The notes under the pieces: generated by a model | Database searches by the model: none | What the model was told of the DNA's origin: nothing | What the model saw: only the letters and a program-made list of their open reading frames with translations | Position numbers and translations under genes: made by a program | DNA from: a virus | IMG/VR virus record: IMGVR_UViG_3300024496_000011 | Reading direction: 5' to 3' (one strand) | DNA length: 64,000 nt | Shown here: piece by piece, positions 43,614 to 54,299 of the stretch | How positions within the stretch are numbered: the stretch's first letter is position 1 | How the letters are laid out: each line of letters begins with the position of its first letter

Positions 43614-44989
43614 CAGAATTTAAATCCCTCAAATGATTTTTTAGGTTTCTTTTCTTCATAATCATACTCTTCATCCTTTCCGTTGTCAAGAATATCTTGC
43701 TGAGCAGATTGTTCACAATCATAAAGTCTCATCTTGGCACGATCAATACCAACAACAAAACGCTTATGAATTGTTGGATCATTATAACGATTCTTAAGTT
43801 GTTTCACAAGAATTTGACCAAGACCTTCAAGTTCTTCTGTAGAAATTAACGCAAACATCAAGTCAGCAGTTGCAGGGAGACCGAAAGACTCAGAAGTATC
43901 TGTTAGTTCCACATCAGAAGAACCATAACCAGAACGAGTAGTCTGAGTAGCACTTACAATGGGAACATTAAATTCCACAGCAAGACCACGAAGTTCTTCT
44001 GCAATTGCTTTTACAAAAGTATAAGAGTTGATATTACTATTACCCTTATACCTTGAAGATGAACAAATGTTTAGATAATCAATAAAGATAATATCTGGTT
44101 TGAACGATTTCTTAAGAGCAAGTTCATTCAGAAGAGACTTAAAATGTCCAGAGTGTGCAGAAGCAGTTGGATACTCTTTAATGATTAAAGTACCTTGAGT
44201 TTTCTTTGCAAGGTTTGTAACCTTATTCTCAAACATTTGCTTTGGTAGATCTACAATATCCTGAATAGGAACATTCAGGAGGTTTGCGTCAATTCTTTCA
44301 GCAATGCGTTCTTCTGCCATTTCCAGCGTAATGTACAGAACGTTCCGTCCCTGGAGCAAGACGGAGCTAGCCATATGGCACATGAATAAAGACTTCCCGA
44401 CGCCCGTACCAGCAAGAGCGATGTTAAGAGTTTTGTTAGGGAGACCACCTTTCGTGATTTTATTAAAGTATTCGAGATCAAATTCAATTTTATCCTCCTT
44501 TTTATGATATGATTCGTATCTTTGTTCATAGTCTTGTAGATAATCATGTCCGATATGAGTATCAAAACTTACAGCAAGAGCATCAGAAAGAATAGAAGGA
44601 ATACTGTCACGATTTTTCTTTTCATCTTTACCGTCTGTAATATGAATTGATTCCATAAGTGCCAAATAAATGGCACGATCACGACACCATTTTTCAGTGG
44701 TATTAACTAACCAATCAAACTCAACAGGCACATCATCCAAACAAGAAATTACTTGCACAATTTCCTTAAAAGACTGTTCATTAATGTCTGTTCTTTTTTC
44801 TATCTCGATACAAAGAACCTCTTTAGTTGTTGGTTGATTGTATTGTTGTACAAAAGACTGAATTTCTTCAAATATAATTTTTTGATTAAGGTCTTCAAAA
44901 TATTCAGATTTAATAAAAGGAATTACTTTCCTAATGTATTGTTCATTGTATAAAAGGTTTCTAAGAATTAGAAACTCAACTTTCTCCAT
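43613..44989 (-). CDS. 41: Replicative DNA helicase (gp41)
   Basis: AGTGVGKS Walker A, IFIDY, SATQTTR, KNRY. Confidence 0.95.
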   Translation of the reverse strand: MEKVEFLILRNLLYNEQYIRKVIPFIKSEYFEDLNQKIIFEEIQSFVQQYNQPTTKEVLCIEIEKRTDINEQSFKEIVQVISCLDDVPVEFDWLVNTTEKWCRDRAIYLALMESIHITDGKDEKKNRDSIPSILSDALAVSFDTHIGHDYLQDYEQRYESYHKKEDKIEFDLEYFNKITKGGLPNKTLNIALAGTGVGKSLFMCHMASSVLLQGRNVLYITLEMAEERIAERIDANLLNVPIQDIVDLPKQMFENKVTNLAKKTQGTLIIKEYPTASAHSGHFKSLLNELALKKSFKPDIIFIDYLNICSSSRYKGNSNINSYTFVKAIAEELRGLAVEFNVPIVSATQTTRSGYGSSDVELTDTSESFGLPATADLMFALISTEELEGLGQILVKQLKNRYNDPTIHKRFVVGIDRAKMRLYDCEQSAQQDILDNGKDEEYDYEEKKPKKSFEGFKF

Positions 44990-45983
44990 AACTAAATTCC
45001 TTTCGTGCGATTTGGTCTAATTGTTCCATTACTTCTTCTGTGAAGTATACTTCAGGTTCTTTTAGAATCTGTTTAGCATAAATTTTCTTACCATCAATTT
45101 CATAGCGTCCTGCTACATTCTTCCAGAGTCCACCAATCTCACCAAGTTCCAGAAGACCATAGTAACGATCAAGGCCGCGCTCATCATAATACAGACGGAT
45201 CTCAACATCTTTATTCTCCTTACTCAAACGCGATTTAGCAGTCTTAGCTTTGATAATATTGCCGACCACTTCTGTTCCATCCTTTTCTTTCTTTTTGCTG
45301 AGATAAATGATCGTACTTGCTGCGTATTTGAGTCCAGAACCTCCCCCCATTTCTTTCGTTGGTACATAAGCTCCGATGACATCGTATGTATGATTTGTGA
45401 CAAGGAGTGGAACATTTGCTTGACCTAATTTAAGTGTGAGCATTCGGAATGCACCTTTGACAAGTTGAGATTTAGTCATATCACGAACTTGTTTATCATT
45501 GAGTGCATCAGTGATTTCTTTTTCAGTGGAAAGCATTCCTAAAGAGTCTAGCACAAACATGCAAGGTTTGCGTTCTTCTACAGGTTTTTTTAAGTATAGG
45601 TCTACTGCTTTTAATGCTTTTCCACGAAATTCTTCAATAGTAACAACATTAACAACCACAAGGCGAGAAGTATCAATTCCACGGGATTCTACAAGTGATT
45701 TAGTAATAGCAGCCTCAGTATCAAAATAGAGACAATAACCATCGGGATTGGTATCAAGAAAATTCTTAACAACGGCGAGCGAGAAGAAAGTTTTTCCAGT
45801 ACTAGACTCTCCAGCAATAGCAGTAATCTTGTTCCCAGATACACCACCAAATATACTACCTGAAACCAGTGCATTAAAAATGTACGAACCAGTGTCAACA
45901 TATTTTTCAGTCTCATCAATGTCTGCGGCAAGTTGCGTATACTCACCACCAATTTCTTTTACAATATCTTTTAAGAAATCCAT
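44976..45983 (-). CDS. uvsX: RecA-like recombinase UvsX
   Basis: [21 protein letters not shown]. Confidence 0.95.
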   Translation of the reverse strand: MDFLKDIVKEIGGEYTQLAADIDETEKYVDTGSYIFNALVSGSIFGGVSGNKITAIAGESSTGKTFFSLAVVKNFLDTNPDGYCLYFDTEAAITKSLVESRGIDTSRLVVVNVVTIEEFRGKALKAVDLYLKKPVEERKPCMFVLDSLGMLSTEKEITDALNDKQVRDMTKSQLVKGAFRMLTLKLGQANVPLLVTNHTYDVIGAYVPTKEMGGGSGLKYAASTIIYLSKKKEKDGTEVVGNIIKAKTAKSRLSKENKDVEIRLYYDERGLDRYYGLLELGEIGGLWKNVAGRYEIDGKKIYAKQILKEPEVYFTEEVMEQLDQIARKEFSYGES

Positions 45984-46101
45984 AATTTATTTTTCCTGTT
46001 TATGTTAAAAGTCCACAATTTATTATAAAGATCTTTTTGATTAGAATTTTTAAGAATCTCTATAATTATTTTAAATTCTTTTTCTGTTATAGGTATGTCC
46101 A

Positions 46102-48597
46102 TTAAGAAAAAAATGATTCTAAACTTACAGTTTTTTCAACATTCCAACCAATAGAATCAAGAATAATTTTAAGTGGTTCTAAAAATGCCTTCTCAAATTG
46201 TAAATCATAGTCTATGTATCTGTCAAGATTAAGCTCTTTAGGAAAATCTTGAATAAATGAGATTACATTCTCGTGGATAATATTGGGTTTTTTGAGGTAG
46301 ATAAACTTAATTTTTTCTCCATTCTGTATAAGAGAATATTTGTTAGTTAATTTATTACTCTTTATGTAATGATTAAACAAGAGAGCTCCGCGAACATGAA
46401 TTGGAGTTCCTTTGATGTAAATATCGGAAGAAGATTGATATTTAGTTACATCAGAAGCTGATCGTGGGAAAGAGATAGATTCTGGAGAAAGTGTCCTGAA
46501 TTCAAGGCGACAATTATCAATAAAATTAATTATATCATCCTCCGTCCCATTCATCAAAATTTTAAAGGAATCTTTTAGCATTTTACGACATGGCGCAGGA
46601 GTGGAAGATTTAATTGCCTCAATCCCTTTAATTTTTAATTTAGGTTCCTCATAACGAACTCCCTCACTATCCCAAACACTGAGAATATATCGCTTCTTCG
46701 CAGTCCAAATACCACGCTCAGCAATACATTCACGCTTCATAAACATCTTCTGTTCATAAGCATTCACATAGTCCGCCAATTCTTGATAAGAACTTTCAAT
46801 ATACTTTTCAAATTCCACAGAACAGACCTTATCAAGGAACGAAACAATGCCTTGAGTAGTTTTCTCTCTTCCTTGGAATACACTTTCAACCAAAGGGCCC
46901 ATATTAATATACAGAGAGTCGGTATCAGAAGCAATAACATAATCAAAATCCCCACTTTTAAGAATTTTATTCAAATAAGAATTCACCTTATTCATAATCC
47001 ACTGAATAGCAACTTGACCAGAGAGAGTGATTGCTTCAGCGTTTGCCAGTTTGTAATAACGGAAATACTGATTCCCAATGGCACCATAAGCAGAGTTCAA
47101 TTGAATCTTTCTCGCCATCTGAATATTATTGCAGCGAGATATCTCCTTAATCAACTCTTTGTTCTTTGTCTTTTCATATTCCTGTTCTGCAGCAAGCATC
47201 TTCTTCTTAAAGACTACCCGTTCATTATAAATTTTTTCCATCAGTTCCGGAAGAAACCCACGAACCTCTTTAAGAAACATTGCACCATTTGCACATACTG
47301 CATAATCTTTATACATCTCAAAGTTAAGACTTTGATCCAAAATCTTATCGACAGAAACTGTTGGATGTTTTTCTTCTAAAAGAGTTTCTGGTGAGATGTT
47401 ATACATCATAATCAAGTGTGGGTACAGTGAGTTCAAGTCAAAACTCACAACCCAATCATACATTCCAGGAACAGGTTCTTTTACATAGGCACCAGCATAC
47501 TTTTCATCCTTCTGTGTTTTATTTTTTGGAGGAATGACAATGTTTCTTTTCTTGAGATATGTGTAGATAATGTTATCCCACATACGAACTTGGTAGAACA
47601 CATCAGCATAGTTCACTTTAGCGTCATATGCCATTGTCAACGCAAGTTCAATCAATTTCATCTTGTCTTCCAGTCGGTCAACAAGTTCCACATCCTTGAT
47701 GTTGTACTCTACGAATTTCTGCCATCCTTTAGTGTAGAAATCTTTAAAAGTGTCAAACTCTGAGTGATCCAGTTTCTTCTGACCCAGTTCTACTTCGGCA
47801 ATGTAATCTAGTCGATAAGATTCTTGTGCTTTATATGTAAATTTTTTATAAAGATCAAGGTAATCAAGTTGAGTCAATCCACCAACATCAAATGTTGTAT
47901 GCTTACGACCATTAATATAAATCTCACCTTCAGTTACAAGTCCCCAATTGGAAAATCGTTTCATTAGTTTTTCACCAAGAACACGATTCAATCTTTTACA
48001 GATATATGGAATGTCATATAACTGAATGTTCCAACCAGTCACAACATCGGGAACATCGACCATCCAATAATTAATGAAACTATTAAGAAGTTCATATTCA
48101 CTTGGGCAGTAATGATAAGTTACATTACTCTGTTTATTATTAAATGGTTTAACTCCCCAAGTAATAATTTCTTTAGTTGTATAGTCCTGAATTGTAATTG
48201 CAAGAATTTCTTCAGAGCAAGATTCTACATCAGGGAATCCTTGCTCTGATGCAACCTCAATATCCAAAGTTACAAGTTTGATTTTACTAATGTCAAACTT
48301 GATTTCATCTTCCGAATATTTTTCCGAAATATATTGATAGATATAACGATCATTTCCATAGATCTCGAACCCATCGATTTCATCATATTTTTTATAGAAC
48401 TCCCGACAATCTTTAACTGTACCTGGATTGATTGGTTCTACTGCTTCTCCACTTAATGTCCTATACTTAGAATCTTTTTTAGTTTTTACAAAAAGAGTAG
48501 GAAAAAACTCATCTCTTGTTTCAAATCTTTTACCATTTTCTACGCCACGAACCAAAAATTGATTTCCAATCAACTGAACATTAGTGTAAAATCTCAT
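46102..48597 (-). CDS. 43: Family B DNA polymerase (gp43)
   Basis: LDIE exonuclease, FDLNSLYP, KIQLNSAYG, SDTDS. Confidence 0.97.
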   Translation of the reverse strand: MRFYTNVQLIGNQFLVRGVENGKRFETRDEFFPTLFVKTKKDSKYRTLSGEAVEPINPGTVKDCREFYKKYDEIDGFEIYGNDRYIYQYISEKYSEDEIKFDISKIKLVTLDIEVASEQGFPDVESCSEEILAITIQDYTTKEIITWGVKPFNNKQSNVTYHYCPSEYELLNSFINYWMVDVPDVVTGWNIQLYDIPYICKRLNRVLGEKLMKRFSNWGLVTEGEIYINGRKHTTFDVGGLTQLDYLDLYKKFTYKAQESYRLDYIAEVELGQKKLDHSEFDTFKDFYTKGWQKFVEYNIKDVELVDRLEDKMKLIELALTMAYDAKVNYADVFYQVRMWDNIIYTYLKKRNIVIPPKNKTQKDEKYAGAYVKEPVPGMYDWVVSFDLNSLYPHLIMMYNISPETLLEEKHPTVSVDKILDQSLNFEMYKDYAVCANGAMFLKEVRGFLPELMEKIYNERVVFKKKMLAAEQEYEKTKNKELIKEISRCNNIQMARKIQLNSAYGAIGNQYFRYYKLANAEAITLSGQVAIQWIMNKVNSYLNKILKSGDFDYVIASDTDSLYINMGPLVESVFQGREKTTQGIVSFLDKVCSVEFEKYIESSYQELADYVNAYEQKMFMKRECIAERGIWTAKKRYILSVWDSEGVRYEEPKLKIKGIEAIKSSTPAPCRKMLKDSFKILMNGTEDDIINFIDNCRLEFRTLSPESISFPRSASDVTKYQSSSDIYIKGTPIHVRGALLFNHYIKSNKLTNKYSLIQNGEKIKFIYLKKPNIIHENVISFIQDFPKELNLDRYIDYDLQFEKAFLEPLKIILDSIGWNVEKTVSLESFFS

Positions 48598-48854
48598 TCT
48601 TTAATCAAGTCCTCATATTTTTCAAGTAAAGTTGGAGTTGGATCCACAAGCGTAAGAATCTTTTCCGAACTCATCATAAAAGTTTTTTCTTTTGTGAACC
48701 CACAAAGGAATGGTTCCATAGTGTGATCATTTTTCACGACGAATGGATTAATCAGTTTACAATCTGGTTCTCCAATGTCTGCACCGACTTCTTCAATTTC
48801 ACTTATAAGAATTAAACTATTCGTTAATGCTAATATTTTGATCATTTTTTTCAT
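48594..48854 (-). CDS. Small hypothetical (Sm-like) protein
   Basis: IKILAL...GEPDCKLINP. Confidence 0.65.
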   Translation of the reverse strand: MKKMIKILALTNSLILISEIEEVGADIGEPDCKLINPFVVKNDHTMEPFLCGFTKEKTFMMSSEKILTLVDPTPTLLEKYEDLIKE

Positions 48855-49146
48855 TTTTTAAAATGTCCTCTTGATACATGTTTGATAATTGATCTATGGG
48901 ATCGACTAGAGTAATTACCCAATCTAAAGATACAGGAACTCTAGTATCTTTAGTAAGAAGAATCCAAGGAACCAATCTTATTTTAACAGAATTTGTTTCA
49001 ACAGATTCCTTTTCTTCACTTGATTTCATTTTAATACTGCATGGTTTATTGAAGATATAACCAACTACTTTATCTTCAACCACCATTTCTTGTATATCCG
49101 CGATAATGTCTTCGCCAGATTTTAAAATTGCAAGTTTTACAGTCAT
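48817..49146 (-). CDS. Small hypothetical (Sm-like) protein
   Basis: MTVKLAILKSGEDIIADI. Confidence 0.7.
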   Translation of the reverse strand: MTVKLAILKSGEDIIADIQEMVVEDKVVGYIFNKPCSIKMKSSEEKESVETNSVKIRLVPWILLTKDTRVPVSLDWVITLVDPIDQLSNMYQEDILKNEKNDQNISINE

Positions 49147-49167
49147 CGTTGCTCCATACCTCTTAGC

Positions 49168-49220
49168 ATTCTACCAATAAAAAAAGGAGGAGTCAACCTG
49201 GATTTTGCCAGGTGCTCCTC
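49168..49220 (-). promoter_or_regulatory. Terminator with embedded sigma70 promoter TTGACT-17-TAGAAT (polymerase operon)
   Basis: GAGGAG-CACCTGG...CCAGG-TTGA-CTCCTC-T run; -35 at 49191-49196, -10 at 49168-49173. Confidence 0.8.
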
Positions 49221-49244
49221 GCGCCGACGATATTCAATTACTAT

Positions 49245-49409
49245 TTATTCTCCACCATCTCCACCATCCCCATTGCCACCCGCACTTGATCGACTTCTTA
49301 CCGGAACTGCTTTTCCTTTTGGAATGTTTTTTTGCTTTCCTCCAGAATAAACAGTGTGAGGAATAGAATTCTTATATGCGATTGTTTTGAACTCGTCGAA
49401 AGATTTCAT
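49245..49409 (-). CDS. 54-aa basic/Gly-rich peptide with MKSFDEF N-terminus
   Basis: Hand-translated; CTAAATA just upstream. Confidence 0.5.
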   Translation of the reverse strand: MKSFDEFKTIAYKNSIPHTVYSGGKQKNIPKGKAVPVRSRSSAGGNGDGGDGGE

Positions 49410-49422
49410 TTTTTATTTTTAT

Positions 49423-49863
49423 TTAGAGATAATCCTTTCGTTTATGATGGTCAGGAACAATTCTACCAAGAGTAATATTCAAAAGCCCATCCTCAAAATC
49501 AACTGATCTAACTTCCGTATCATCAGAGAGCGTCCACGCTCTCTTAAAACTCCGTTGAGCCAAACCTTTGTGGAGATAGTTGGACTCCGTTTCTTTATCT
49601 TCTTTTTGGCCTTCAACAAAGAGTTTACCATCTTGTGTGTAGACATAAACCTCCTTCTTTCTAAATCCAGCAAGAGCAAGTTCAAGTCGTGATTCTACAT
49701 TGCTGACTTGAACTAAGTTGTATGGTGGATAGTTAGTAGTGGTTTCATGAAGATTGAATAGACGATCAAAATATTCATCCATTCCAATACTATTGCGTGC
49801 GATTCTATCCATCAAAGCAGGAAGATCTGCATGTGTAAACCGTGAAGTTACAAGGTTAGTCAT
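49423..49863 (-). CDS. Small heat-shock protein Hsp20
   Basis: NYPPYNL, ALAGF, YLHKGLAQRSF, FEDGLL; likely start MTNL after AAGGAG. Confidence 0.93.
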   Translation of the reverse strand: MTNLVTSRFTHADLPALMDRIARNSIGMDEYFDRLFNLHETTTNYPPYNLVQVSNVESRLELALAGFRKKEVYVYTQDGKLFVEGQKEDKETESNYLHKGLAQRSFKRAWTLSDDTEVRSVDFEDGLLNITLGRIVPDHHKRKDYL

Positions 49864-49937
49864 TATGGTAGCTCCTTTAAAAGCGAGTTTGTATTGTGTG
49901 GACCCTTTCGGCATCCATTACTAATTATACAAGAAAC

Positions 49938-49972
49938 GAAAAAAAGAGGTATCGGTAAAACCGAACCTCTTT
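49938..49972 (-). terminator. Intrinsic terminator after regA
   Basis: AAGAGGTTCGG-TTTTA-CCGATACCTCTT plus T run. Confidence 0.75.
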
Positions 49973-50022
49973 TTAGGGTGTTCCGACTTTTGTAGAGTGC
50001 CGCACGAATGGCACTCAACTAT

Positions 50023-50460
50023 TTATTCGGTTTCTACTGCTTTTCCTTTTTTACCGATGTTATACTTTTGTTCTAGAATCCAATCACCTTTATCCTTATA
50101 TGCAAGAACTTTAATTTGGTTCAGAGGTGCAATATCAGAAACTTTATCTTGATTTAGAACGGTAATAAGTCCCCAATCGGCAAGTAAACGAACAATACGA
50201 TTTCGTCTCTGAACATCATTTACGGTAAGATTTGCATGTTTACCGTCCAGTGCAAATAGTTCTTTAAAATGAACAATGTAATATTTGCCTTGTTTATGTA
50301 AAATATGGCAAGACTGATAGAGTTTTTTCTCTTTGCGCGATGCAACTCCAATTCTGGTCAAAGTCTCACGAACCTTGAGGAAATCGTCTGGTTCATTAAG
50401 AATTACCTCCACCATTTGGTCTTGCGACCAATCAACCGTAGGTTCTACCGTAGTAGTCAT
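50023..50460 (-). CDS. regA: Translational repressor RegA
   Basis: DDFLKVRETLTRIG...QSCHILHKQG.YYIVHFKELF. Confidence 0.95.
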   Translation of the reverse strand: MTTTVEPTVDWSQDQMVEVILNEPDDFLKVRETLTRIGVASRKEKKLYQSCHILHKQGKYYIVHFKELFALDGKHANLTVNDVQRRNRIVRLLADWGLITVLNQDKVSDIAPLNQIKVLAYKDKGDWILEQKYNIGKKGKAVETE

Positions 50461-50834
50461 TTTGATCCTCCAATGTCAAGTCTTTTTTTAATAAAATTAA
50501 TTTGTTCTTTTGTCAGGATTTTTAGAGCTTGAAATGCTTTTTCATTACTATAACCATAGTATTGTTTTATACATTCTAAGTCCGTGACCTTATCCTTTCG
50601 GAGCCAAGGAGAAAATCTCTTCTTTTTCCTCAAACTATTTAGATAAAAAGAATATTGCAGATCTTTATCTAGGTGATGGTTCATATTCATTTCATTTACA
50701 AATAGAACACAATCTATATGACCAGATAAACATCTATTAATAATGTAAGGAGAATACTCTTTTACTATTGATGGATCATCCATCAAATTTTCTTTTGTAA
50801 AATTAATTGAGTTTAACCAGTCCTTCAATTCCAT
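50457..50834 (-). CDS. 62: Clamp loader small subunit (gp62)
   Basis: MELKDWLNSIN...YSPYIINR...RKKKRFSPW. Confidence 0.88.
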   Translation of the reverse strand: MELKDWLNSINFTKENLMDDPSIVKEYSPYIINRCLSGHIDCVLFVNEMNMNHHLDKDLQYSFYLNSLRKKKRFSPWLRKDKVTDLECIKQYYGYSNEKAFQALKILTKEQINFIKKRLDIGGSK

Positions 50835-51654
50835 AATTAAAAAGCAGAAGTTCTTTACGTTGTTTTTGTTCACGCATATATTCACCAACTGAACGCATAG
50901 TATAAGTAAGATCAAACTCGGCAGCGTTCCAATTCTTGAATCGGTTTTTTACAAGTTGGTCTGAGTTGTAACTAATCAGTTGATGCATAGGATAATGAAA
51001 ATCACAATCAGCAGCAAACTTATCGTGATCAAATCCTTTGTGCATTGATCCCTTTCTCCCATAGAGATTATCCTTAATGTCATAAGGAGGATCGAGATAC
51101 ACAAAAGCAGTAGTGTCTCCATCCAGAAGATAATCGTATGAGTAATTAGTTATACGCCATTTAGAAATTAACGAAGAATACGCAAGCAGTTTTTCGATAC
51201 CTCGCATAGAGAAATTGGAATTAGATGCTTGCTGCGAAAATGATGAACTCTCTGTGAGACCACTGAAAGAACACTTATTGACAACATAGAAAGCCACAGC
51301 ACGATCAAAATTTGACACGGTTTTGTCATTGATCCGTTCCTTTGATTGAAGGAAAAGTTCTCTTGCTTTGTCTGGGGTATTATTTGCGTTTTTTAAATCA
51401 ACAAGTTCACTTTTTAAATCATATCCAAACATCTGGAGTTGTTGCCAGAAGTTTACCAGAGGTTCATAAAGATCATTCACCCAAATATCTAGGTTGGGAT
51501 ACTTCTTCGTGATATAAATCGCAACACTTCCACCACCAAGAAATGGTTCACGAAATTCACTATAGTCACGAAGGTCTGGAAAATATGATCCAATCTTTTC
51601 ACAGGCACGAGACTTACCTCCTGGGTAGCGCAATGGCGTCTTAAGAGATTTCAT
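50803..51654 (-). CDS. dam: DNA adenine methyltransferase (Dam family)
   Basis: RYPGGKS, EPFLGGGS, YLDPPY. Confidence 0.92.
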   Translation of the reverse strand: MKSLKTPLRYPGGKSRACEKIGSYFPDLRDYSEFREPFLGGGSVAIYITKKYPNLDIWVNDLYEPLVNFWQQLQMFGYDLKSELVDLKNANNTPDKARELFLQSKERINDKTVSNFDRAVAFYVVNKCSFSGLTESSSFSQQASNSNFSMRGIEKLLAYSSLISKWRITNYSYDYLLDGDTTAFVYLDPPYDIKDNLYGRKGSMHKGFDHDKFAADCDFHYPMHQLISYNSDQLVKNRFKNWNAAEFDLTYTMRSVGEYMREQKQRKELLLFNYGIEGLVKLN

Positions 51655-52172
51655 TTTAAATCAAACTTTATACGATTTTTAAATTTTTCAATTTCAATAG
51701 GACTGAAAGAAGATCCATATAGTTTACCATATTTAAAGTCAACTTTTCTAACTTTATCAATTTGACCATTTGGTAAGTTTCTATCAGTAACTGGAAACTT
51801 TAAAATATCATTTTTCCAAGCAATAGCAAACTTGGTTAGATTATTATTAAACCACACCATTCCAAATTCAGGATATTCAAGATACTTAGATTTTCTATCC
51901 AAAAAACTTAAGCATCTCCAATTAGATGGCCAATCATCTTTCCAAGTTTTGCACCTTTCAAGATCAAAAGCACATTTAAGTTGGTTATCAAAATAAACAC
52001 CAATATCTACACCATACTTACCAAAAGGTTTTGTGACAATTTTACATTGGTCGGGATATTTATTGCGAAGAAATTTTACAAATATTTCGCTTTCATTATT
52101 GTCATCAAAAGAATCAATTCTGTCTTGAAAAGTTCCATATTCAAAAATTGTATCTTTAGTGACTGTTTTCAT
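51651..52172 (-). CDS. Putative PD-(D/E)xK-fold nuclease
   Basis: KYGVDIG...AFDLERCK spacing resembles the restriction-endonuclease catalytic motif. Confidence 0.45.
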   Translation of the reverse strand: MKTVTKDTIFEYGTFQDRIDSFDDNNESEIFVKFLRNKYPDQCKIVTKPFGKYGVDIGVYFDNQLKCAFDLERCKTWKDDWPSNWRCLSFLDRKSKYLEYPEFGMVWFNNNLTKFAIAWKNDILKFPVTDRNLPNGQIDKVRKVDFKYGKLYGSSFSPIEIEKFKNRIKFDLK

Positions 52173-53125
52173 TTGAATTCACACTCACACATAATTTCAG
52201 TTAATGCAGCAAGAAGATTTACTTCTTGGTCAGCCACGAACGCACATTGGTATTGATACTTAGCAATAACAAGAACGGCAGCAGGGATAGATGCGGGAAC
52301 AAGGCAATCGTAAGAGGCGTCATAAATCCTGCGAAGAAGACTAGAAGCATCGTTGTCCAAGTTGGAGACCACCCACTTTCGGACTTCAGGAAAGTTTTTA
52401 TCCTTGAGATTTTTAATAAGTTCATTTACAGAGATGTCTGAGAAAGATGCAAGAATGCCCGAGTCGATTTTTCCTCCTGTAGAATATCTCTGGCATTCGT
52501 TGAGGACCCTACGAAAGTCTGGGAAGTGTTTTGATACAAGTTCCGCAACGACTTTTTGATCATATTCAATCTTTTCCGCATCCAAGATTGATTGAAGTCG
52601 TTGGAAGAAACTACCTGCAAGTTGAACTCTTTGCTTCCCTTTGATGGTGAAGTCGATGACGGCACATCGGGAGTGAAGAGGTTCAATAATCTTGTTCTTG
52701 TAGTTACAGGTGAAGATGAATCGACAGTTATTATAAAATGCCTCAATATTCGCCCGTAGTAGGAGTTGTACATCGTTCCCTGTGTTATCAGCTTCATCGA
52801 TGATAATGACTTTGTGTTTAGCAGATCCCGTAAGTGAGACGGTCGAAGCAAAGTTCTTTGCTTGGTTCCGTACAGTATCCAGGAAACGCCCTTCGTCGGA
52901 TCCATTGATGACATAATAATCTGCCCCCAATTCATTACATAATGCTTTTGCGATTGTAGTTTTACCAATACCAGGAGGTCCTGCAAGAAGGAGATTTGGA
53001 ATCTCACCTTTCGCTACAAACTCCTTAAATGTTTTTTTAGTGTCATCGGGCAAAATACAGTCATCAATCACTTGAGGACGATATTTTTCCACAAAAAGAA
53101 ATTCACTTGCCATAATCAAATCCAA
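52169..53125 (-). CDS. 44: Clamp loader large subunit (gp44)
   Basis: EKYRP, GPPGIGKT, IIDEAD, SRC. Confidence 0.95.
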   Translation of the reverse strand: MDLIMASEFLFVEKYRPQVIDDCILPDDTKKTFKEFVAKGEIPNLLLAGPPGIGKTTIAKALCNELGADYYVINGSDEGRFLDTVRNQAKNFASTVSLTGSAKHKVIIIDEADNTGNDVQLLLRANIEAFYNNCRFIFTCNYKNKIIEPLHSRCAVIDFTIKGKQRVQLAGSFFQRLQSILDAEKIEYDQKVVAELVSKHFPDFRRVLNECQRYSTGGKIDSGILASFSDISVNELIKNLKDKNFPEVRKWVVSNLDNDASSLLRRIYDASYDCLVPASIPAAVLVIAKYQYQCAFVADQEVNLLAALTEIMCECEFK

Positions 53126-53631
53126 TTAGGTTTTCTTTCTGGCATACGGAGATAGTTATCAGCAACCCAAGGTTTGGATGCAATGTATCTTTTGTATGCT
53201 TCAAATGTATCAATAGTGTCGTCAAACTTCCATTCCTCAGGCATAGCACGAGCAAATGGAGTCACTTCTGTAATCTTACCCTTAGGAAACAAGTAGTATG
53301 CATCCACAAGGGTTTTGTAGCAGGAGTGAGTTTTATTATACCGCAGGCAGTATTCATCAGACAAGTTCAATCCCCACTTGATTAACCAGTAGGCATTATG
53401 GATACTCTCCAGTGCCCACTTGGTGCAGGGATGATTGCGGAATGCTCCTTTCTCGGTCTTGTAGGGGGTTCCATCTGCTTTAGGGAGAGTGCCGTAACCG
53501 TATCCCCATTTTTCTGACGCAACGATAGAGAGCATCTGACAGCACTCTAGGGGCATCTTGACAATGTGTTTGTCGGGGAGGCAAATAGCACTCTCAGCGG
53601 GCCAAGGAGAAGTAACGAAGATATTCATCAA
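53116..53631 (-). CDS. Pyrimidine-dimer DNA glycosylase-like protein (DenV family)
   Basis: MNIF...DKHIVKMPLECCQML...HPCTKW. Confidence 0.7.
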   Translation of the reverse strand: MMNIFVTSPWPAESAICLPDKHIVKMPLECCQMLSIVASEKWGYGYGTLPKADGTPYKTEKGAFRNHPCTKWALESIHNAYWLIKWGLNLSDEYCLRYNKTHSCYKTLVDAYYLFPKGKITEVTPFARAMPEEWKFDDTIDTFEAYKRYIASKPWVADNYLRMPERKPNWI

Positions 53632-54299
53632 CCAAAGGTAGAATCGGGTTCCATAGCAATATAATAAGTCACATCAAACCCAGTATTCTTGAACCGTGAC
53701 AAAAGTTTAGAAGAAATCACCACCTCATAAGAACCAGGGATAATCTTGATGTTTTCTACTTTGAAATTAAAAGTGAATACCTCATCTGTTTCACCGACCA
53801 CCACAGAGAAATCATTGGAAGTATCGTTCTTTTTATCGCGAACAACCAATTTTACAACACCTGCTTCACCAACCACAGACAGGTCAGGAAGTTGATACAC
53901 AGCAGCAGCTTTAAGCAGTTTATCAAGTTCTTTGGTATCAAGAATGAAACAAACATCTTCTGAGGGTAGAGAGATAGATTTGTCTGGAGGAGTAACAATT
54001 ACATTAGGATCTGCAAAAAAATATTTGGAACGAGAACGACCTTCTTTAATGACTACATAACCGTCATTCTGAAAATCAAGTTCAGCATTTTGATGGAGGT
54101 TGAGTCCATTCAGAAATTGGTTTAGATCATAGATACCAAAATCCTTAGGCAGTTCTTCTTCAATTGTTGCCTCTGCGAGAATATTTTTCATCACAGAAAT
54201 TGTGCGAAGATTGCTTCCTTCTTTAAACAGAATGGACTGATTAATAGAAGAAAAGTTCTTGAGCAGAGTCAAAGTTTTGTCAGAGAGTTTCATAATCAA
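53628..54299 (-). CDS. 45: Sliding clamp (gp45)
   Basis: LKNFSSINQSI...GIYDLNQFL...FKVENIKIIPG.Y. Confidence 0.93.
   Translation of the reverse strand: MIMKLSDKTLTLLKNFSSINQSILFKEGSNLRTISVMKNILAEATIEEELPKDFGIYDLNQFLNGLNLHQNAELDFQNDGYVVIKEGRSRSKYFFADPNVIVTPPDKSISLPSEDVCFILDTKELDKLLKAAAVYQLPDLSVVGEAGVVKLVVRDKKNDTSNDFSVVVGETDEVFTFNFKVENIKIIPGSYEVVISSKLLSRFKNTGFDVTYYIAMEPDSTFG

Noticed and set aside
32149-48597. Introns or inteins in nrdB, nrdA, gp41, uvsX, gp43
   Set aside because: All are continuous ORFs of expected length, with no intein C-terminal HN-C/S/T junction or embedded nuclease seen
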